From Cyanophora paradoxa CCMP329 (Eukaryota; Plantae; Glaucophyta), in contig QPMI01000452.1 of NCBI GenBank assembly GCA_004431415.1, positions 310,001-374,000 on the forward strand: a DNA stretch of 64,000 bases, given 5' to 3'. This document shows, in pieces, positions 55,914 through 64,000 of the stretch. The notes beneath the pieces were generated by a model. The model saw nothing but the letters and a program-made list of their open reading frames with translations, made no database searches and had not been told where the DNA came from. The stretch's first letter is position 1. Each line of letters starts with the position of its first letter. The position numbers were made by a program, and so were the translations under genes.

Positions 55914-58505
55914 ATGAACAAAATCGAGAAATTCGCCACCCCTGTTGAAAATGCTACATTCCTTAGTACTCTCATTGGTGATCGCAACAAGGTCACCCAT
56001 GTATTTGATTCTGCCGAAGATGCCCTTGAAGCCATTGATAATAGCAAGGTTAAGACCTGGGCTGAATGCATTCAACCTGAGCAAGTGACCAGAGTTTACC
56101 TGGACCTGGATAAATTCGCTGATTTGAAGGAGAACATTGCTGATAACTATGCTGAGGCGGAAACTGTTGTAAGAGAGATGAGAGATAAGCTATGGAAGCG
56201 ATCTGGTACCACTTCTATTAACGATATTGCTGTTGCAGTTCGCCATAGAAGGGTTTATTTGATTAAGGAGGATGTCACCAAGTTCAAGATTTCAGCCCAC
56301 TTTATTATTAAATCGCTTGCATGCAAACATGAAGATATCCCCAAGCTTTTCAAAGCGATGGATTGGTGAAAAATGAGGATTATGACAGTGGAGTTTACAG
56401 CTCCACACAGAACCTAATCTGCCTCAATTGCTGCAAAGGTGAGACTCTGGATGCTCAAAATAAGTCGAAAAAAGATGTTGATAAAAACGTTTGCTTTAAG
56501 AAATTCGTTGACTGTGACAAAGTGTTAATGCGAAATGAGGACTTCTTTGTATCTTACTTCTCAGCTACTACTAAACTTGTGGATGAATCAAATATTTCTG
56601 CATTTGCAAATTATACTCCTGAGCCAAAACCAGTTAAAAAGGAGCCAAAAAGTGATAAAGTGAAGACTGAGAAGGTAGAAGCTGAAAAAGACACTGAACC
56701 CGAAAATCCTGTTACTTTCGAACTGCTACAAAGTGTTATAATGGGTCTGAATGGTGAGAGAGCTAATGAGTATAAAACTTGGATTGATGTAGGACTGGTC
56801 ATCATCAATGTTGGGGAAGACAACAAATTTACCCCTAAAATGCAGGCTGAACTCTTCCACCAATTCTCAGAACAGAGTGACAAGTATGATTATGATGAAT
56901 GCCAGGAGAAGTTTACACAGCTTCGCAGAAGCAAGAAGAAGGCTGAGCCTGGCAAAGTGTTGACCTTCAAATCCTTGGTTTATTGGTTGAGCAAAGATAA
57001 CAATGAGCTTTTCAAGGAACTCTTCCCCAAAAAGTATGCATTCCTACCAGAGGACACAGATGAAATCGATTACAAGACTGCAAGTATCCCTCCTTTGGCT
57101 GAACATTACAATGTGCATAAGAGGTATTTCAATGCTCGAATGCATCATGTTGAAAATGTTGGTTGTGTGATGCTCTGGGATGAACAACTACTTTGCTGGA
57201 TGCCCAAAGATATTGGGAAGCTCTCTACAAAGCATTTCCCCATTTGATGCATAAGGTGATTGTCAATGAGGGAACAGATAATGAGAAAGAGAAATGGGAG
57301 CAATCATTTAGGAAATGGATTGTGGATCCAACAGCCACAAGATCAACTTACATGGATTTCCTTCCCCTCCTGCTACTCTCAGTGCAAAATGCAAGTCTGT
57401 ATTTAATCTCTATCCAGGAATGAAGGTCGACCATCAGCAATTCGAAAATGCTCCAGAGGATGTAACTGCTGAGATGATTAAGCCTTTCCTTGATCACTTG
57501 TTCTTAATGTCTGGTGAGGATCAAAATACCTATGAATATCTGTTGAAATGGTTTGCCCACATGCTGCAAAAGCCTGGGGAACTCAATGGAGTATCCTTAA
57601 TCTTCATTGGTGAACAGGGAACTGGTAAGAATGTGTTGGTTGATACTTTCCAAAAGAAGATACTTGGAGATGCCCTGAGTTATGCAACTGGTAAGCCAAA
57701 AGAGGATCTGTTTGGTCGATTTGCCCATAACAGAGAGGATAAGATCCTGATTGTTGTCAATGAAGCCTCAGGCAAGGACACATTCGAAAATAATGATATG
57801 CTCAAAGATCTCATAACTTCTGATAAGATTGTAATTGAACACAAAGGGATAGATTCATACACAAAAAGCAACTTTGCCAGGATTATATTCACCAGCAATA
57901 ACAACATTCCAGTAAAAATTGAAGCTGGAGATAGGCGATTTGTGGTTGTTGAAGTTAGTAAGAAATTCGCAAAGGATAGGTCATACTTCCTTCCACTTGT
58001 AAAATGGCTAAATGATCACTGCAATATTCGAAACATTGCCCACTATTTGAGAACCAAAGTTGACTGTGAGGATGTGAACTGGATTGCTGATAGACCCCTT
58101 ACAAATAAATACTATTTAGCCCAGCAGGTATGCGCCCCAATCATTCTTATGTTCACTAAGTGGCTTGTGGATCGAGGCTTAATTTCCGAGAATAAATGCA
58201 AGTCTGGTAGCCTTGTGGAAACCTGGAAATGGTTCCAGGAGTTTATTACCAGCAACAAATATAAAAACGATTATAATAGTCGCAGATATTATACAGAAAT
58301 GCGAAGTGTTACATATATCCAAGTGAAAACTACAAATGGCAAACAATACTATCATTTCTTGTTCCCACAAGTATTTGAGGAATTCAGAAAGATGAAGCTT
58401 GTAGATGATGAGACCATTGAGGAAGAAGCTAATCCAAGGATGAAACAAGAACTACCTGCTGCTGATCCTGATGCATCAGATTATGACTCTGATGTTGAAG
58501 TTTAG
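55914..58505 (+). CDS. AEP primase - PriCT-2 - D5/SF3 helicase; frameshifts near 56363, 57240 and 57365
   Basis: AEP: RVYLDLD and SAH. PriCT-2: YKTWIDVG..FHQFSEQSDKYD. Helicase: GEQGTGKN, VNEA and FTSNN..GDRRF. Confidence 0.92.
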
Positions 58506-58509
58506 GTTT

Positions 58510-58700
58510 ACTCAAAAGTGGACTCACAGTTGACTCAAATTTATCATAAAAGACCCAAACAGTCTTTTATTTATGGTTTATTTATCGATTAGGTTGACTA
58601 AGTGGGGGGAGTTGACTCATTTTTTCACAGATTCTAAAAGAGGACTCTGCCCTAAAAAGAAATAAAAAGTGCCTCAACTCCACCCACTAAGTCAACCAAA
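58510..58700. repeat. Second GACTCA iteron/stem-loop cluster, a direct repeat of 39510-39620
   Basis: 58592-58627 matches 39510-39545 at 35/36 nt; inverted arm at 58683-58697. Confidence 0.9.
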
Positions 58701-58748
58701 AAATGATTTAAGAGATAGAAAAATATATTTATATGTAACTAGTAAGAA

Positions 58749-59099
58749 ATGGCTGGAACAGATCATGATTCTGGATCGATCTATATGATTGAGAGTCAGG
58801 AAATGAACAAAGTCTACATAGGAAGAACCTCACAGCCACTTCAAAAAAGATGGAGACAACACAAATCAGGTCAAATGCCATCTACAGCAGACCTATGCAA
58901 GGCTTCTGATGTGAAGTTCTCAGTCCTGTATTCAAGTAAGAAGGGTGGGCATGAAGACCTAATGAACAGAGAAGCATATTACATGTATCTCTTTGAACCT
59001 TGGATAGTCAATTTACAAAAACCGAAATCCCGATTTAGGATTAATAGGTTTTTGCGATTCCATTCAGAGGAAGCCAGTGGATCCATTAAAACATTTTAA
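58749..59099 (+). CDS. GIY-YIG endonuclease
   Basis: GSIYMI..VYIGRT..KRWRQH..RE..VN. Confidence 0.9.
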   Translation: MAGTDHDSGSIYMIESQEMNKVYIGRTSQPLQKRWRQHKSGQMPSTADLCKASDVKFSVLYSSKKGGHEDLMNREAYYMYLFEPWIVNLQKPKSRFRINRFLRFHSEEASGSIKTF

Positions 59100-59159
59100 A
59101 TTGCGTTTAGAACATCCTAAAATAAAATATCCCCTTAGAATAGGAACAAGTTAGGAATA

Positions 59160-62100
59160 ATGCCCCGAATTACCAACAAACTCATAAGGGAGAAGAAATG
59201 GGAACTCATGGGATTGCTGGGAACACTATATGCAGCCCATGAAATAACAGAGGCTGAATATGACCGGGAAATAGATTTAATTGCAAAGGGCAGACCCACT
59301 TTAGCCAGATTAACTAGAAAAGCAAATAACCTATATGATAAAATTGAAACCTTGGATGAACTGGATCGCCTAAGGCAAATAGAACCTGAGGCAGAAGATG
59401 GAACAGCCATGAATGAATTATATCGCTGGCTCACTTACAGAGCCAGAAGGGAAGTTGTTGTAGATGTGATTGAATTCCTGGATAGAATTGCTACATCCCT
59501 TCCAAATCGATTAAAGCAGGGTTTAGATCAATTCAGGGCAATCAAGGTTCGCTTGTCTTTTATCTGCAAGTTCGTTAAAGTGAGCAATCCACAGGTTTGG
59601 ATATCGAAATACATTTACAGTGATTACTTTGTATTAACCAGGTCGAGAAATATTCGAACTGAGCTGAATAAAGCAGCCCAAATGTGTCAGGAGCAGATGA
59701 ATGTGGTTGATAGCTATCGCTTAGAAAGAATTGAAATACTCAGAGTGGCTATTATGAGTTATGCTCCAACTGGTGGATGCTTTCTACAAACCCCAGAGTG
59801 GATTGCTAGGAAGAGAGCCACAGTAAATATTCGAAATATTGATGATTCCTGCTTCGAAAATGCAATTTTGGCATATATTCACAGAAAAGCGATAAACTCC
59901 ATAAGAGGAATGAGCTTTCACAATATCGCAAATGGAAATACTCAGCAATCGCTTATAATCCGCTGGCTCTCAATTTCGATAACATCCCATTCCCTGTTGC
60001 CTGTGATGCTGATATTATTGATAAATTCGAGGCTCAAAATGCAGGCATTAGCATTAATATATTTGGAATCGATGGAGAGGTTATTTATCCCCTGCATCAA
60101 TCAAGTAACCCAGGCAGAAAGCATAAGGTTAATCTCATGCTGATATTTGATGATGAAGGGAATGGTCACTATATTACAATCATGTCCCTTTCAAGGCTAT
60201 TGAAAGTAAACCATGAAACATACAATGATCAGAAGTTACACTACTGTGACACATGCTTATCTCGATTCAGGTCTGAGGCTAAACTCACTGCTCATGTGGA
60301 CTCAAACAGATGCATTGATTGGAGACTCTCAAAGGGAATCACACCAAAACCTGAGACCACCATAGAGTTTGGACTGAAAAACCTCAGGAAAACTGTTTGG
60401 CTTCCTGTTGTGGTTTACTGCAAGATTGAACATAGAAGCATCCCCATAGATGCATCGAAATCCAAGAGGGAAGTCTCAGCAGTCAACATTAGAATAGTCA
60501 CTGGGGCAGATGTTCAAGATTTTCGATTTGAGGGTCAGGATCCAATGGGAGGTCTGTTTGAATGCTTGGAATCCAAAGCAAGAGAGCTAATTGACTTCCT
60601 GTTTACCAATATTCCCATGAATGAACTCACAGATGAGCAAAAGGCTGTTTACAGGGCTACTAAACACTGTTACCTTTGCAGTGAGAGGTTCACTAAAGAA
60701 AACTTCAAATGCAGGGATCATGATCACCACACAGGTCATTATATTGCTCCTGCATGCAGAAACTGCAATCTCCATAGGAGAATCTCAAAGCAAACCAAAG
60801 TTGCAGTTGTTGTTGACCAAATGGATGACTGTGGGACATTCATTTTCAGAAAAATAGCAGGCATGGGTGATAAAAAGCGAATCGAAATCCTTTCGAAAAA
60901 CTTTGATCAATACCTGTCATTGCAATGGGGTCTTTACAAGTTCATTGATGCAAGCAATTTCATGGATTTTGGAGCTGCTGATGTAGATGAGTTAATGAAC
61001 AAATTCCAGGCTTTTAGAAGGCTTTCACACTCAGTATATGGATTGGACCCAGTTCATTATGTATCTGCACCTGGGTTATCTTGGGATGCTATGCTTAGGA
61101 CCACCAAGGCAAAAATAGAGCTTATAAGTGATGTAGAGCAATACGAATTTGTTGAGAGGGGAATCAGGGGTGGCTTTGCAACAATGCCTTGTAGGTATGC
61201 TGAGGCTGATGGTGAAAACTCCCACATTATGCTGTTTGATGCTAACAACTTGTATGGCTACTGTTTGAGTCAGCCAATCCCAGTTGGTGATTTTAGATGG
61301 GAGACCGAATTCAACCCACAAGATAACAGATCCAGTTTCCTGGAAGTTGATCTGGATTACCCAATTAGGCTATATCTAGACCACAGTGATTTCCCCCTAA
61401 TTATTAACAAGAAAATAGTAGAATATGCAGAATTATCACAATATCAAAAGAGCCTATTAGATCTCTCAGGAGAAGAGCTTGATAAAACCCCAAAGCTAAC
61501 TGCAACCTTTGGTTCTGTGACCAACTATGTGATTTCTGAGCCTCTCCTACAGTATCTGTTCGACAAAGGGGTGAAATTAAAGAAGGTTCACAGGGTCCTA
61601 TCATTTACTGTGGCTCCTGTAATGAAACCCTACATTGAGCTGAATACTGAGATGAGAAGGAAAGCAGTGAATAAATTCGAGGCTGATTTGTATAAACTCA
61701 TGAATAACTCAATCTATGGGAAATGCATTGAATCTTGCAGAGGTAGATCTGTGGTTAAGATTGCAAACAGTGAGAAACTGTTTATGAAATATGCAGCCTC
61801 CCCATTGGTGAAATCAACCAGCCCCATAAACGAAAAAGCAGTTGCCTTTGAGTTTTACACAAAGCATGTGAAGCTAGATAAACCTGTTGCTATTGGGGCT
61901 TATGTTCTGGATGCAGCCAAACTGCATAACTACAAGTTCTTCTATGATACTGTAAGGTCCCAATGGACAAAAGCAAAGTTACTATTCCATGATACTGACT
62001 CCTTCTGTCTATATATTGAATCTAAGACCCTCCAAGAGGACCTGGGGAATATCTCTTATGCATTGGACCTAGGGGGGTCTAACAGAATGACCCCAGGTAA

Positions 62101-62404
62101 ATACAAAAATGAGATTCCAGGTTCTGCTATATTGGAGTATGTGGGTCTCAGAGCCAAAGTTTACAGTTTCAGAACTGCTGAGATTGAGAGAAGTAAGCTC
62201 TCTGGGACTTCAACTGAGGAACTCCAATTTAATGATTTTAAGCAGTGTTTATTTGCAGGTATCAGCAAGACTGTGACTGCAAAGCAGAAAAGAAGGGCAG
62301 ATCACACAATAATAGATACTGTGAGTAGAAGGGTTGCCCTAAACTGCTTTGATGCAAAGAGATACATCTTACCAGATGGTATTAATTCTGTTCCTTTTAA
62401 TTAA
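59160..62404 (+). CDS. polB: Polinton/adintovirus-type (protein-primed family) DNA polymerase B; frameshifts near 59900-60140
   Basis: N-terminal CFENAILA..INIFG..GHY..LSRL, C2H2 and EndoVII-like (CYLC..RDHDHHTG..CRNCN) modules, then IRGG, DANNLYG, KLMNNSIYGK, HDTDS and LRAKVY. Confidence 0.93.
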
Positions 62405-62407
62405 GAG

Positions 62408-63793
62408 ATGCCAGCAACTGGAAGAATAGTTAGGAGAACCACTGAGCAACTGCAAGGTAACCTATTGCCCATCACAGTTCCAAAGGAGGAAAAGGGAGAA
62501 TCTCGAATTGTTAAAAAGTCAGAGATGAAAGAGCTTGTCCCAGTAGAGATTCCAGTTGCTATTGCAGTGAAAGAAACCAGCAAGATTGCCAAGAGATTCT
62601 ATGATGTGAGAACTGGTTACAAAGGGCTTCAAGCTATGAGGGCTGAGTTACCTGATGAATCCTATAAGCAGTTGCAAGAGTTCTATAAAAAACAGGAAGT
62701 TGTTCAGATCAATGCACCTGCTATATCTAGAAAGAGAGATCCCATGGTTCCAATAAGGCAACCCCTTGATACCTATGTGATTGATTTGCTCTTTTTCCCA
62801 GCTTATAAGAAACAAAACAATGGCTATGATACCTTTATGACTGCAATGGAATCCACACTGAGAACTGGGTATATCATACCTATAAGGGATAAATCAGCTC
62901 TCACTACATTAGCTGCATTTAAACAGCTTGAGATGAGAGTGGCAAGACCCATAGTAAAGGTTCAATCAGATGCTGGGAGTGAGTTCCAAAATCGAATATT
63001 CCAGGAGTATTTATCTAGTAAATTCATAGAACACCAAGTGAGTGGAACTGCTGACCACAGGAGCCAAGGTCGAATTGAAGCCTTTAACAAGCAGATTAAG
63101 AGACTGATCACAAACTACTGCATAGCCAATAATACAGCTAGATTCTTTGATGTGTTAGGTGATATTGAGTATAATTACAATAATACAGTCCACTCAGCTA
63201 CTAAGATGAAGCCAGGCGAAACTACAGAGGAGCATTATAGGTATATAGTGGGATTAGAAGATGAGAGATTCAAGAAATCAATAGCTTATCTTGATACCAT
63301 GCAGCCTGGCATGTTTGTTAGAGTGAAAGTTGAGAAGAACCCCTTTGCCAAACAGGGTAACAATTGGTCTAGGATGGTTTACACTGTTGATAGTAGGGAA
63401 GGCTTTAAGTTTAAGCTAAGGAGTCCCACTGGAGAGATCATAGATAACAGATTTGCATTCCATGAGCTGTTGCCTGTGAATGCAGTTGAGTATCTGGAAA
63501 CACCTACAGTGGATGCCTTGGAGCAAGCTAAAGAGGAAGCTAGGGTTGATGCTGCTATAAGGAGAGAAGGCATAGAAGCTGCTAATGAAGTCCCAGATAA
63601 GCCTTTGATAGAGGCTAGAAAGGAGAAGACTGGCAAAGTTAATAGGGAACTCAAAAAGCTCACCATAGCAGGGACACAGAAACTTTCAGAAGTGAATAGC
63701 CAGAGATGGTATAATGACTTTCAGACTACTAAGGAGTCATATACAGTCCCTAAACCTCAGAGAACACTAAGAGAAAGGACCAAAACTAGCTAG
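62408..63793 (+). CDS. Retroviral-type (rve) integrase, intact DDE
   Basis: YVIDL..QSDAGSEF..GRIEAFNKQIK..YNNTVHSATKMKP, then an SH3-like VRVKVEKNPFAK..NWS segment. Confidence 0.95.
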   Translation: MPATGRIVRRTTEQLQGNLLPITVPKEEKGESRIVKKSEMKELVPVEIPVAIAVKETSKIAKRFYDVRTGYKGLQAMRAELPDESYKQLQEFYKKQEVVQINAPAISRKRDPMVPIRQPLDTYVIDLLFFPAYKKQNNGYDTFMTAMESTLRTGYIIPIRDKSALTTLAAFKQLEMRVARPIVKVQSDAGSEFQNRIFQEYLSSKFIEHQVSGTADHRSQGRIEAFNKQIKRLITNYCIANNTARFFDVLGDIEYNYNNTVHSATKMKPGETTEEHYRYIVGLEDERFKKSIAYLDTMQPGMFVRVKVEKNPFAKQGNNWSRMVYTVDSREGFKFKLRSPTGEIIDNRFAFHELLPVNAVEYLETPTVDALEQAKEEARVDAAIRREGIEAANEVPDKPLIEARKEKTGKVNRELKKLTIAGTQKLSEVNSQRWYNDFQTTKESYTVPKPQRTLRERTKTS

Positions 63794-64000
63794 TTTGCTA
63801 GCCGAAAACTCGTTTTTTCCAAATATATGTATGACTGATATACATATATGCATATGATATACACATTGTCTTGTAGATCTTTTCAAGCGCTTCACAGCGA
63901 TATGCAGAACGTTGCGATTTGATAATCTGGTGATGAGATACAAGCGTTTGAAGATGCCGATTATCGATTTTTCGAGATTTCGGAATGATGCATCATAATG

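Larger units (their letters stand above)
38694..64000. mobile_element. Large endogenous Polinton/adintovirus-like element (right end outside the window)
   Basis: AT-rich and intronless, with pPolB, rve integrase, MCP, two pentons, ATPase and primase-helicase. Confidence 0.92.

Noticed and set aside
41900-60140. Programmed frameshifting or pseudogenisation of the large virus
   Set aside because: The breaks I could locate are 1-nt losses, mostly in homopolymers (46795, 48182, 53615), and the same kind distinguishes the host tandem copies. Long-read error is the simpler explanation, but short-read polishing is needed.
63794-64000. Right terminal inverted repeat of the large element
   Set aside because: No convincing reverse-complement match to 38694-39900 within the window.
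38694-64000. Bacteriophage or bacterial contamination
   Set aside because: Despite phage-like fibres and AdoMetDC, the core genes (DJR capsid, A32 ATPase, pPolB, rve integrase) are Polinton-type. No adenain-like protease was seen in the window.

Overview
Eukaryotic (protist-like) DNA in two parts. About 1-33 kb is very GC-rich, intron-rich host DNA with short 50-70 nt introns (GTGCGC/GTCCGC donors, some GC-AG). About 33-64 kb holds two intronless endogenous DNA-virus elements. HOST PART: a near-identical ~7.57 kb tandem array (2.8 copies; true junctions at 6283/6284 and 13858/13859; homology ends at 21428). Each unit carries a spliced 11-exon gene that I reconstruct as LRR - Pro/Ala linker - SAM - TIR (527 aa). 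Its TIR is SARM1-like and keeps the catalytic WVRKE motif. Next come two LRR - coiled coil - RING genes that use a paralogous LRR module with different exposed residues, and several copies of an unidentified multi-exon gene. VIRAL PART: a small (~5.5 kb, ~50% GC by eye) Polinton-like element encodes a penton, a double-jelly-roll capsid, a packaging ATPase and an rve integrase, with no replicase visible. It abuts, at a perfect 28-bp palindrome, a related AT-rich Polinton/adintovirus-like element of >25 kb. The large element encodes AdoMet decarboxylase, five fibre genes, a patatin-discoidin fusion, two pentons, capsid, ATPase, primase-D5 helicase, GIY-YIG nuclease, a pPolB with degenerate exonuclease motifs and an rve integrase. 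Its right end is not in the window. Many ORF breaks are single-base homopolymer indels, probably long-read errors. All family calls come from motif recognition by eye; no searches were run.
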